Below, one piece after another: positions 1 to 9,430 of a stretch of DNA of 64,000 bases. How positions within the stretch are numbered: position 1 is the first letter of the stretch; every line of letters begins with the position of its first letter. The stretch is from an uncultured delta proteobacterium (GTDB taxonomy: Bacteria; Desulfobacterota; Binatia; UBA9968). The notes below the pieces were generated by a model. The model was given only the letters and a program-made list of their open reading frames with translations, ran no database searches and was not told the origin of the DNA. Position numbers and translations under genes: made by a program. The stretch covers positions 352,001 through 416,000 of the forward strand of contig CAVUZH010000022.1 in assembly GCA_963745835.1 (NCBI GenBank), in the 5' to 3' direction.

Positions 1-1077
1 CCAGAGATCAGTACCCACGTTGAACCACATGCGCAATTTAACGGCCCGATCCGGCGAGCGGGAATCAATTGCAATCTTTGGTACATGATCGCGATGTCGT
101 CGGAAATTCAACAACGACCAGTGCGGCGGGAGATTTGGAAACAGCCGGTCGTGCTCTTCAGAACTCGACAGGGCGAGATGCGCGCATTGGAAGATCGCTG
201 CGCGCATCGTCTTGTGAGATTAAGCCGCGGACGAGTGAAAGACGACAAGATCGAGTGCGCCTATCATGGCTGGCAGTTCAACGGCGCCGGTCGCTGTGTG
301 CATATTCCGCACCTGGGATCCAGAACGACTTTGCCAAACTCTACAGTTCGATCGTTTCCGGTAGTCGAAAAGCACGGTTTCGTCTGGATATTTCCGGGCA
401 ACCCGGCATTGTCTGATATTACTGCCCCTATGGAAATGAACGAATGGGATGACCTCAACGAAATCTCCAGCTTTGTGACGTTGAGGACTCGATCTCATTT
501 TTCCTACCTCATCGAAAACTTGATGGACATGTACCACGGCAGCTTACATGCGCAGTACCAGGTATGGATAGCCGAATCGCTTAAGGAAGTGGTTGAAGGC
601 GAAAAACAGGTTTCGGCAACTTACCAAGCCACGACGTACTACGAGGTAAAAAATCTCGGCTCCATTCTCCAGCTGTTCATCCCCTCACTCCGAAAGCTTC
701 ATTCGGTTCCTCTAACCGTCACCTATGAATATCCCAACTGGAAGTCGGCGCTTGGAGAGGACTTCAAGATCTACTGCCTCATTTGCCCGGTTAACGAACG
801 TTCAACCAATGCTTACCTTATTCACTACACATCCCTGGCCAAGTTCAAAGGCTTGAATACTGCGCCGGTTGCCATTCGACGCCTTTTGAAGCGCGCTCTG
901 AGCAATGTCGCTAAAAAATTGTTGGCGAATCTAGTTCGTCAGGACGTCATAATGATCGAGGACGAACAGGCAGCCTTCGACCAGGACCCGCTGCGCCAGC
1001 CATTTGAAGTCAACCGCGCCATCCGCCGCGTACAGGAACTAGTTCGGCGCCAGGCAACTGACCAACCGCTCAATTAG
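1..1077 (+). CDS. Rieske non-heme iron oxygenase alpha subunit (VanA/KshA-like), 5'-truncated by window edge
   Basis: Rieske ligands DRCAHR...CAYHGW and mononuclear Fe motif ENLMDMYHGSLH. The frame is open from base 1 (PEIST...GINCNLWYMIA), containing the typical N-terminal NxWY, so the true start is outside the window. Confidence 0.9.
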   Translation, partial: PEISTHVEPHAQFNGPIRRAGINCNLWYMIAMSSEIQQRPVRREIWKQPVVLFRTRQGEMRALEDRCAHRLVRLSRGRVKDDKIECAYHGWQFNGAGRCVHIPHLGSRTTLPNSTVRSFPVVEKHGFVWIFPGNPALSDITAPMEMNEWDDLNEISSFVTLRTRSHFSYLIENLMDMYHGSLHAQYQVWIAESLKEVVEGEKQVSATYQATTYYEVKNLGSILQLFIPSLRKLHSVPLTVTYEYPNWKSALGEDFKIYCLICPVNERSTNAYLIHYTSLAKFKGLNTAPVAIRRLLKRALSNVAKKLLANLVRQDVIMIEDEQAAFDQDPLRQPFEVNRAIRRVQELVRRQATDQPLN

Positions 1078-1113
1078 CACATCGGCTGGGCGCGCTCTCA
1101 GGATTTCACACCG

Positions 1114-2628
1114 ATGCTTAGAAGCTTTTTGCGGTCGAAAATAAAAAGCAAACTTAGCGGTTATAGCATCGTCATCAACCAACCCGATCCGACTAAACCC
1201 CAATCCCTTCAGTCAGTCAAAAAGGTCGCTGTGGTGGGCGGTGGGCTGGCCGGGATCGGCGCGGCATCCCTTCTCGGAGAGCGAGGATTCCAAGTGACCT
1301 TGTTCGAGCGCAATCATTATCTCGGCGGCAAAGTCGGCTGCTGGAATGTTCCCTTCGAAGACGGCAACACTATCAAGGTCGACCATGGCTTCCACGCATT
1401 TTTCCGGCACTACTACAACTTACGATCGTTCTTGGAGAAGATCGGCGCAGCGGAACATTTGAAAACCATTGCCGACTACCTGGTTCTGGCCAAAGATCGA
1501 CGACATTTTAGTTTCAAGAACGTCGAGACAACGCCGGTACTGAACATCTTATCTCTGGGCAAGAATAAATTTTTCAGATTTCGCGAGGTATTGTTCAGCC
1601 CGCCAAGCTGGAGGATGGGCGAGTTCCTGGAATACGATGCAGCAAAAACTTTTGCCAAATATGACTCCAGCAGCTTCGCAGAATTCTCAAGGAAAGCGAG
1701 TTTACCGGAATCTCTGCAACTGATTTTTAATACATTTGCCAGAGCTTTCTTCGCCCCGGCCGACAAGCTGAGTACAGCCGAGTTGATGAAAAGTTTTCAT
1801 TTTTTCTACCTCAGCCACAATCATGGCCTGCTTTATGATTATTTCGACACCGACTATCAAGAGGCCTTGATCCAACCGGCAACCCGGTACCTAAATCAAC
1901 ACAATGTCTCCATCAAACTAAACCGAAGTGTGGAAGAAACACGGCGCGACAATGACAGGTTCATCGTCGAATCGGAATCGTTCGACTACCTGATTCTAGC
2001 CAGCGATGTGGTCGGAACAAAAAACATCTGCGCAAACTCTCCGTGGATCAAGACATCTTCGGAAAAGACCTACTCGGAATTGATCTCGTTGAAGGCTTCC
2101 GCCGGCTACGCCGTGTACAGGATGTGGTTAAACAAAAGAACCGGCGACGACTTACCGGTATTTATCATTACCGAGAAGCATGACATTCTGGACTCGGTTA
2201 CTTTCTACCATCAATTCGATAAAAGCTCGGCTGCGTGGGCGCAGGGTTCCGCCGGCGGCGTTTACGAGCTGCACTGTTATTCGCTACCCTCCGGCGCAGT
2301 TTCGGAAAACGATGTGAAGGCGGCTTTTGTGGCCGAACTCCATTTTTATTTCCCGGAGCTTCGCGATGCCAAAATAATCTACGATCATCTTCAAATCAGG
2401 CATGATTTTACCGCGTTCTATACAAACCTGAACAAGAGCAGACCCGAGTTCACAACCGCAATACCGAACTTCTATCTCGCGGGCGACTGGGTAAAGACGG
2501 GCACTCCGGCAATGCTGATGGAAGGAGCCTACACGTCCGGGATTATGTGCGCCAACGGCATTCTGACCAAGCACGGCCTCCAGGAGGAACCGGTACGATC
2601 GGTGCCGATCCGGGGAATCTTCGCTTAG
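1114..2628 (+). CDS. crtU: FAD-dependent carotenoid desaturase/aromatase, CrtU (isorenieratene synthase)-like
   Basis: VVGGGLAG FAD motif, HGFHAFFRHYYNL, VYELHCY, LAGDWV..LMEGAYTSG and C-terminal SVPIRG resemble actinobacterial CrtU. Adjacent to a lycopene cyclase. Confidence 0.75.
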   Translation: MLRSFLRSKIKSKLSGYSIVINQPDPTKPQSLQSVKKVAVVGGGLAGIGAASLLGERGFQVTLFERNHYLGGKVGCWNVPFEDGNTIKVDHGFHAFFRHYYNLRSFLEKIGAAEHLKTIADYLVLAKDRRHFSFKNVETTPVLNILSLGKNKFFRFREVLFSPPSWRMGEFLEYDAAKTFAKYDSSSFAEFSRKASLPESLQLIFNTFARAFFAPADKLSTAELMKSFHFFYLSHNHGLLYDYFDTDYQEALIQPATRYLNQHNVSIKLNRSVEETRRDNDRFIVESESFDYLILASDVVGTKNICANSPWIKTSSEKTYSELISLKASAGYAVYRMWLNKRTGDDLPVFIITEKHDILDSVTFYHQFDKSSAAWAQGSAGGVYELHCYSLPSGAVSENDVKAAFVAELHFYFPELRDAKIIYDHLQIRHDFTAFYTNLNKSRPEFTTAIPNFYLAGDWVKTGTPAMLMEGAYTSGIMCANGILTKHGLQEEPVRSVPIRGIFA

Positions 2629-2653
2629 AGCTTCAGCTAATCTCGGAACCTAA

Positions 2654-3328
2654 ATGTCACTAACCTATTTGCTATTAAATCTCTGCATCATCGCCGTACC
2701 CCTATGGTACACACCGGACAAGCGTACCGCCTATTATCGTCGGTTGCCGGCGCTGGGTTTTTCGATCGCCGTGGTGAGCACCTGCTATTTGCTGTGGGAT
2801 ATACTGGTTACCGCACGCGGCGAGTGGAGCTTCAACGGCAAATACTTGACCGGCGTGCAGATCCTCAACATTCCTCTCGAAGAAGTTCTGTTTTTTATCA
2901 CTGTTCCGTATAGCTGCTTATTCATCTATGAGGTGGTGCTGTATGCAACGAAAGGCAGCAAATTCAGACTGCCGGCGAGCGTTATCATCGCAATGATCCT
3001 CGCTCTACTCGCGTCGAGCCTCGCCTTCTATCCGCAAGGCTACACCAGCAAGGCATTGGCCTCCTGCGGTTTTTTTCTCATGATCGCACTCTTGCTCGAT
3101 CGGTCGCTTCTCGAAAGCAAACATTATTGGATGTGGCTGGCAATCTGTTATGTGCCCTTCCTAATCATCAATACGGTGCTGACGGCGCTTCCTGTGGTTG
3201 AGTACAACAGTAAGGCGATCTGGGGATTGCGCGTCGGCACGATTCCGCTGGAGGATTTCTTCTATAACTACGCGATGTTGTCCTTCTATCTGTTGGTTTA
3301 CCGGATCGGTAAGAAATTCATTCAGTAA
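2654..3328 (+). CDS. Membrane lycopene cyclase with two fused CrtYc/CrtYd-type domains
   Basis: Hydrophobic protein with duplicated signature IPLEEVLFF and IPLEDFFY, plus LLWDIL..RGEWSFN. Confidence 0.85.
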   Translation: MSLTYLLLNLCIIAVPLWYTPDKRTAYYRRLPALGFSIAVVSTCYLLWDILVTARGEWSFNGKYLTGVQILNIPLEEVLFFITVPYSCLFIYEVVLYATKGSKFRLPASVIIAMILALLASSLAFYPQGYTSKALASCGFFLMIALLLDRSLLESKHYWMWLAICYVPFLIINTVLTALPVVEYNSKAIWGLRVGTIPLEDFFYNYAMLSFYLLVYRIGKKFIQ

Positions 3329-3584
3329 GCGGTCCACGCCTTAAGCTTCAAAGCGGTAGAACTCTTCTGCGTTGCGATGCAGAAACGCTTCCTTGCTCTT
3401 TTCAGAAGTCGTCAAGGATCGTATCTGCGCTCTCCGTTCAATCGCTGTTGTATGAACTGATTGATCGGCGGAGCTGGGCAGAAGAGATTGCCATAACCAG
3501 ATTTCGTTCGCTCCATCCCGGGATTTCTGATATTGACCTCGTTCAAAGCCATTCACTAACAAAGCCTCGACAGGAGGTTTTTCC

Positions 3585-4577
3585 ATGAAGCCGATAACGT
3601 CGCTATTGGTTTGGCTCATTCTCTTCACTATGCCTGCGAGCGCCTTGCCCGCAGACAGGCTCTTGGGCGTTCATTCCGCGCGGGTCATGTCTCAGTCCAT
3701 GCCTTGGATTGCCGAGGAGGCGGGACTCTTTCGCCGATATGAGCTTGAGTTTCCGCTGGTCTACATCGGCTCTTCTCCGCTTGCGACAGCCGCGATGCTC
3801 GGCGGAGACGGAGAACTTCTAATGGATGGAGGTCTGGGGCCCGTGCGCGCGTTTGTTCAAGGGACCACCGAGCTCGTCTGCATCGGTGGACAGAAAAATA
3901 TTTTGACCCAGAGTATTTTGGCCAAGCCGCCGATCAAGAGACTGGAAGATTTGCGGGGAAAGAAGGTCGGCGTTACCCGGATCGGAGCCACGACCCATTA
4001 TTTTGCCACTCAGGCCTTTCGCAAAATCGGCATGGAGGCAGGACGGGACTACACGATGATCCAAACCGGCGGAGCGCCGGAGATGCTCGCGGCACTGGTA
4101 AGCGGCGCGATCGACGCGGGAACTCTATCATCGCCGTTGGACGCCCAGGCCGTCGCCCTGGGTCACCAATACATCGTCTACGGACCGGATCTCCGCATTC
4201 CTCAGGTTGCCGTGGGATTTATGACACGGCGCTCTACACTCGCCAAGCGGCCTCAGGTTCTCGGGCGATTTATGCGCGTGATGGCGGAAGCCGCAAAGAT
4301 TCTGCACACGGACAAAGAGTTTACGTTCAAAGTCTTGGGCAAACAGCTGAGGATTGACGACCGTAAAATTCTCGAAACCGGTTACAACGCCGAAATCAAA
4401 GCCTTGGAGCCGAGGCTGACGATCAGGCCTGAGGCTTTTCAGGCAGTGCTGGATGACGTCGCGCAGATCGATCCACGCGCCAAAAAAGTAAAGCCCGAAG
4501 ATATTATCGACCGGCGATTTCTTGACGAGATGACCAAGAGCGGTTTCTTCGACCAGCTCTGGGGAGAAAAATCCTAG
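3585..4577 (+). CDS. NitT/TauT (SsuA/THI5-like) ABC transporter substrate-binding protein
   Basis: Signal peptide, WIAEEAGLF, DLRGKKVGVTRIG and ALVSGAIDAG. GGAGG RBS upstream. Confidence 0.88.
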   Translation: MKPITSLLVWLILFTMPASALPADRLLGVHSARVMSQSMPWIAEEAGLFRRYELEFPLVYIGSSPLATAAMLGGDGELLMDGGLGPVRAFVQGTTELVCIGGQKNILTQSILAKPPIKRLEDLRGKKVGVTRIGATTHYFATQAFRKIGMEAGRDYTMIQTGGAPEMLAALVSGAIDAGTLSSPLDAQAVALGHQYIVYGPDLRIPQVAVGFMTRRSTLAKRPQVLGRFMRVMAEAAKILHTDKEFTFKVLGKQLRIDDRKILETGYNAEIKALEPRLTIRPEAFQAVLDDVAQIDPRAKKVKPEDIIDRRFLDEMTKSGFFDQLWGEKS

Positions 4578-4712
4578 GTTGACCGCTCGTTCATATGCGG
4601 ATGCAAGCGGCAACGGCTGCCGCCCTGGCGAAAGGTCGTCCGCGCCTGCTACAGCAGAGCGAGAATAATGTCCTGACAAATTGACGCTGTCTGAGAGTGC
4701 CAGAGCGTCTGG

Positions 4713-5717
4713 TCAGCGGCAGCTCATGCTTGGCTTATAAACCTGGTGAATCGTTGAGCCGCTGCTGCCGCCTTGAGCCGTACCACCGCCGGGCAAATGA
4801 ATATTGCCGTCGATAAACGCCAGTCCGGTCACACCATGGACCGCAATCGGCATCGCCTCCAGAGCGTGCCAGCTATCGGTAAGCGGGTTATAGTAGTCAT
4901 GATCTGGAAAGACACCGTAAGGATGATTCGGATTACCCTCGCCGCCAAACAGATGGAAGCAACCGTTGGCAAAGATGCCGTTGACGCCGCCGCGCGGTTT
5001 GAGCATCGATTTTTTCGCCGACCATGAATTGGTTTTGGGATCGAAGACCTCCACCGCATCCGTGGTCTTGCTGCGAAAGCCGCCCTCGAAACGCCCGCCG
5101 AAAACATAAACTTTGCCGTCATGAGCGCCAGCGGCGAGATGGTTTCGCTGCGTCGGCAAATTAGCCAACGCCGTCCAGTTGTCCGCTTTCGGATCGTAAA
5201 CGGCGAGATCATGACCGCGCGGCGGGCGACCACCGGCGACATAGATTCTTCCATCGACAACTGCGGCAACGCCGCCGCCGCGCATCGTCGGCATCGGCGC
5301 TCGAGCGGTCCACTTGCCGGTTGCCGGATCGTACTCGTAAACCGTATTAACAAATCCGGCCTTGTCCGGTTCGCTGCTTTCGGTGGTCTGCCCGCCGATT
5401 ACATAGATCTTGCCGTTCACGGCCGCGGGCATGATGTGATTGAGCGCTTGCGGCAACGGCGCGATGATCTGCCATTTGTCGGTTTTGGAATCGTAAACTT
5501 GAACGTCCGCGACGGTTTTACGATCCGCTGGATAGCCGCCGATCACGTAAATCTTGCCGTCTAGCTCGGCCACGCCGAACTCGGAATTGGTTCGCGGCAA
5601 CGGGGTTTTCACACTCCATGCGCCGCGCTCGTTGCCGTTCTGTTTTTCCGCCGCGAAGGATATGATAGCCGAAAGCCCGCATCCCAAAATGATTGCGCTT
5701 AGAACAATTCGCTTCAT
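4713..5717 (-). CDS. Secreted Kelch-repeat beta-propeller protein
   Basis: Signal peptide and about six repeats of GKIYVIGG...YDP...W. Confidence 0.88.
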   Translation of the reverse strand: MKRIVLSAIILGCGLSAIISFAAEKQNGNERGAWSVKTPLPRTNSEFGVAELDGKIYVIGGYPADRKTVADVQVYDSKTDKWQIIAPLPQALNHIMPAAVNGKIYVIGGQTTESSEPDKAGFVNTVYEYDPATGKWTARAPMPTMRGGGVAAVVDGRIYVAGGRPPRGHDLAVYDPKADNWTALANLPTQRNHLAAGAHDGKVYVFGGRFEGGFRSKTTDAVEVFDPKTNSWSAKKSMLKPRGGVNGIFANGCFHLFGGEGNPNHPYGVFPDHDYYNPLTDSWHALEAMPIAVHGVTGLAFIDGNIHLPGGGTAQGGSSGSTIHQVYKPSMSCR

Positions 5718-5777
5718 ACGTACGCTCCTATTTGGAACCCAAGTACTTTCTCTTCACCCGAGTTGATAAAATAGTTC

Positions 5778-6641
5778 TCATCCAAAGCCGTCTAAGCGAT
5801 AAACATCGGCGGTATTTTTCCAAAGCAGCCTCTGCTTCGAATCCTCCTTTAACCCGAGTTCATTAATTTCGCGAGTAGCTCTTTCGAAATCGATGATGGG
5901 GAAGTCCGTTCCGAACAAAACCTTGTCTTGCCCCCAGCTATTTATGAACTGAACGAACTCGGGCTTCCAGAATTTAGGCGCGTATGCGTCCGAACCGATG
6001 TAAACGTTAGGATGCTTCCATGCTACTGAAATCATTTCCTCGACCCACGGCCATCCTGTATGAATTCCAATGATCTTTAGTTCGGGAAAATCACACGCGA
6101 TGGTATCCAACGTGATCGGCCGGCCGACACTTCTGAGCGGCCTCTCTCGTGAATAGAGAAGGCAGTGGCCAACCTGCATCTGGATCGGAATGTTTAGCTC
6201 AACGCATTTTGCGTAAAAGGGATAGTACTTTCGATGGTGCGGAGCCATCTCGAACCAATGGGGATACACGTGCGCGCCGACAAAGCCGAGCTCACAGATA
6301 GCGTGCTCCAGCTCTCGCACACCGTCCATTCCTTCTGTAGGATCGATTCCAGCCAGCCCCTTGAAACGCTTTGGATATTTCCTCACAACATCCGCGACGA
6401 TCTCATAGGGCAACTGCCAATTGGATGGATGTCCTTTACTCCCTGATCGAGACGCGGCGATGAATGCCATCTGGATCCCTGCGCGGTCCATGCGCTCGAT
6501 GTATTTCTCGATCGTAAGACCCTCTAAGATTTCTGCATCAGCACCGATTTTTCCGCCGATGAAATCTTTGCGCCACTTGGGCTTGAGCGGCAAAACCTCC
6601 GGCGTGTGCAGGTTGATGACAATGTCGATAGCACCCGGCAT
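5778..6641 (-). CDS. Amidohydrolase family 2 metal-dependent hydrolase
   Basis: MDRAGI, ELGFVG, YPFYAKCVEL, DFPELKIIGIHTGWPW, NVYIG and KVLFGTDFP motifs. Confidence 0.88.
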   Translation of the reverse strand: MPGAIDIVINLHTPEVLPLKPKWRKDFIGGKIGADAEILEGLTIEKYIERMDRAGIQMAFIAASRSGSKGHPSNWQLPYEIVADVVRKYPKRFKGLAGIDPTEGMDGVRELEHAICELGFVGAHVYPHWFEMAPHHRKYYPFYAKCVELNIPIQMQVGHCLLYSRERPLRSVGRPITLDTIACDFPELKIIGIHTGWPWVEEMISVAWKHPNVYIGSDAYAPKFWKPEFVQFINSWGQDKVLFGTDFPIIDFERATREINELGLKEDSKQRLLWKNTADVYRLDGFG

Positions 6642-6647
6642 ATTCGG

Positions 6648-8180
6648 CTACCTCCCGGTGGTTTTTAACTCTGCTAGTTCCAGTTTGCCTCTATCAATCT
6701 TCCCCAAGGCTGTGCGGGGAAGACTGGAGACAACTTCCACTACCTTAGGGGCCTTATAGTGAGCCATGAATCGCTTGCAGTATTCGATGATATCCTCAGG
6801 CTCGACGATGGCGCCAGTCTTCGGAATTACCAAAGCCTTGACGGATTCGCCCCATTCGGGGTGCCGGCACCCGACCACGGCCACCTCTGCTACATCGGCA
6901 TGGGCACGAAGAACGACCTCGATTTCCTCGGGGAAAATACTGATCCCTGCGCTTTTGATCATACTCTTCTTTCGGCCTGAGACGTGAAGGTAGCCTTCAT
7001 CATCGAGAAAGCCGATATCTCCTGTACGGCACCAGCCATGGCTAAAAAACTCTTTGGTCGCCTCCGGGTTGCGGTAGTAGCCATCAATTGCCATGGGGGT
7101 TCGCACAAAGATTTCCCCCGCCTGTCGCAGCGGAAGTTCGCGCTCGTGATCGTCTACGATCTTCAGAACCACGGCCCAGATGGGTTGGCCGACGCTGTCG
7201 CCGTGCTCAGCCCGGTCCTCTGGCTTGATAATTGTGATTTGGCCGCAGTCAGTAGAGGCGTAGGCTTCATAGATTTGGGGCGATACTCTTTCCATCATCG
7301 CTCCGGCAAGCGCAGGAGAGAGATGTCCGGCAGAGATTCCCACGAAGCTTAAGGTCGATTTGTCGAAATGATCCAGGCGAGGATAGCGCAACAGGCGCTC
7401 ACCTATTGCGGGGACAATAATTGTATAGGTGATTCGTTCTCGTTCGATGGTGCTAACGAAGCTCTCTTCATCAAATTTATCCTGAAGAAAAATAGTCCCG
7501 CCCAGGTAAAGAAGAGTCATCGCCGATTGCCGTCCAGCATTGAAGTGAAGCGGAAGTACAAGGAGGCCCCGCTCTTTATCATTCAGCCCCTTGCTAATAG
7601 CATTGTTGAGAGAGCGGAGCGCATAGGTCTCATGATTAATGATACAGCCCTTTGGGAAGCCGGTGGTCCCCGAGGTGATCATGATGATGAACGGTTGGTT
7701 GCCGTCAACGTCGATTCCATTATTCTCCGGCGATGCGGTACTGATCGCCTCTTCGTAAGGCGTAGCTTGCGGTGTGAAAGCCCCTCCGATGAACAACACG
7801 CTTTTAGCTCCTAGGCGGTCGAGTACCAAATCGGCAGTGTCCGCTGTCTCGTGTCGTTTTTCGATGACAAATGCTCTTGGCGCAAAGAAATTGAGCATCG
7901 CATCGGATTCCTGGCAGCTCCAATGGGGATCGAAGGGAACTGCCGTAACGCCGATTCTCGCCAGAGCAAAGATGACTTCGAGGTGCTCGGCGCGATTCCC
8001 GCAGGAAAGCGCGACGCGGTCGCCAGGACAGATACCCTGCCTTAAAAAATAGTTGCCCAAACGGTTGGTTCGCGATTGAAGGTCTAAATACGTGCGCTTT
8101 ACTCTGCCGTCGTCCAGCGCCAGCTTGTTCGGAAATCGTTGCGCGTTCCGGAGTAGCGCATCTCCCATGTTAAGCTTCAT
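6648..8180 (-). CDS. AMP-forming acyl-CoA synthetase (class I adenylate-forming enzyme)
   Basis: TSGTTGFPKG, YASTD, RTGDIG, GRKKSMIK and YKAPK..LPRTALGKI. Start reassigned to ATG 8180 with a GGAG RBS. Confidence 0.9.
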   Translation of the reverse strand: MKLNMGDALLRNAQRFPNKLALDDGRVKRTYLDLQSRTNRLGNYFLRQGICPGDRVALSCGNRAEHLEVIFALARIGVTAVPFDPHWSCQESDAMLNFFAPRAFVIEKRHETADTADLVLDRLGAKSVLFIGGAFTPQATPYEEAISTASPENNGIDVDGNQPFIIMITSGTTGFPKGCIINHETYALRSLNNAISKGLNDKERGLLVLPLHFNAGRQSAMTLLYLGGTIFLQDKFDEESFVSTIERERITYTIIVPAIGERLLRYPRLDHFDKSTLSFVGISAGHLSPALAGAMMERVSPQIYEAYASTDCGQITIIKPEDRAEHGDSVGQPIWAVVLKIVDDHERELPLRQAGEIFVRTPMAIDGYYRNPEATKEFFSHGWCRTGDIGFLDDEGYLHVSGRKKSMIKSAGISIFPEEIEVVLRAHADVAEVAVVGCRHPEWGESVKALVIPKTGAIVEPEDIIEYCKRFMAHYKAPKVVEVVSSLPRTALGKIDRGKLELAELKTTGR

Positions 8181-8184
8181 CAGG

Positions 8185-9186
8185 TTAGTTTCTCCAGACA
8201 GCACTGACAAAGCCGGTCTTCTCCAACTCCTGCATGAAGCTGGAATCGACCACCAAGCTTGCGTCAAAGTTCTTCGCGCGAGAATCTCGAAGCTCAATCA
8301 CTTTGAGAATAAAATCTATTCCTTTCATGTTGACATGTGGAACTTTTTCCTGAAACCGCACCACCGTTTCGTAAGACGGCTTCAACACCTCAAGATCCTT
8401 ATTCTGAGTGAACTCCGCGATAACCTTCAAAGAAAAATCTTTATTGTCCTGATAGAACTTGACCCCTTCGACGAATGCTTTCATAACCCTCAACACCGTA
8501 TCTCGATTGCTGCGTATGTATGATTTCGTGCTGGCGAAACAGCTGGCCGGATTGTAAAGACCTAATTTAGCCATATCGATGAGTTCGTTCATCCCAAGCT
8601 TTTCGGCCGCGATATCCTGTGGCGGTATAAACGATGCCGCCTCGATGATCCCCTTACTCAGTGCCGCTACCCGTTGCGGGGCTGGCCCTACAGCAATAAA
8701 GCTGACCTCTCGTTCTGGGTTTAGCCCGCGCTCTTTAAGCACATATCGCAAAATTCCGTCCTCAAGAGTCCCCAGACGCGTCACGCCGATTCTTTTGCCC
8801 TTGAGATCGGCAACCGTTTTGATTTCCGGAACGGAAAAAAGTCGCCAGAATAGCGTGTTGATGGCGCATGAAAGGAGAACGGTGTCGGCTCCTCCTATTG
8901 CCGAGGTGACGGTTGCGGCTCCGGCGAGAAACGTCAATGGAACTTGCCCGGATACCATGGCAGCTGTCAGAACTCCGCTTCCCGGAATATACACAAGCTC
9001 GACTTCGAGACCGTGTTTTCTAAAAAGTCCGCCTTTCTTCATCACATCGATCATGGCCAACGAAGCGACCGGCGCGGCATAGCCGATCACGAGCTTCTGC
9101 AGCTTCGTTCCATCGGCGGATATCGCCAGAGTTGGATGAAACAAGAGGAACACGATCAGTATTGCCGTGCAGTATTTTATCCGCAT
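8185..9186 (-). CDS. NitT/TauT family ABC substrate-binding protein
   Basis: Signal peptide from MRIKYC (ATG 9186), GLFRKHGLEVEL and DLKGKRIGVTRLG. Confidence 0.87.
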   Translation of the reverse strand: MRIKYCTAILIVFLLFHPTLAISADGTKLQKLVIGYAAPVASLAMIDVMKKGGLFRKHGLEVELVYIPGSGVLTAAMVSGQVPLTFLAGAATVTSAIGGADTVLLSCAINTLFWRLFSVPEIKTVADLKGKRIGVTRLGTLEDGILRYVLKERGLNPEREVSFIAVGPAPQRVAALSKGIIEAASFIPPQDIAAEKLGMNELIDMAKLGLYNPASCFASTKSYIRSNRDTVLRVMKAFVEGVKFYQDNKDFSLKVIAEFTQNKDLEVLKPSYETVVRFQEKVPHVNMKGIDFILKVIELRDSRAKNFDASLVVDSSFMQELEKTGFVSAVWRN

Positions 9187-9297
9187 GGGCGATCCCTTCC
9201 AGTTAACATGTGTTAATGAACCATCAAGCAAAAGATAATTTATTCCTTGGTAGGTATTCAGCGGAATCTGCTGATCGAAAGCAAGGCTCCACCATGG

Positions 9298-9332
9298 GCT
9301 TCAATAAGCTTCAATATCAATAAGCTTCAATA
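9298..9332. repeat. Short tandem direct repeat (TCAATAAGCTTCAATA x2; GCTTCAATA x3)
   Basis: 9301-9316 and 9317-9332 are identical 16-mers in the intergenic region. Confidence 0.85.
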
Positions 9333-9430
9333 AATGAAGTGCGCGGCGAGTGATAGGCGGGTTGGATAGATGATTTAGTGTATTTAACACCGCAAATGTC
9401 ACATATCCAAGCCTTGCTCGTAAACTCTGA

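Noticed and set aside
3341-3628. 95-aa minus-strand ORF between the cyclase and the SBP
   Set aside because: No motif, and it overlaps the SBP start and promoter region.
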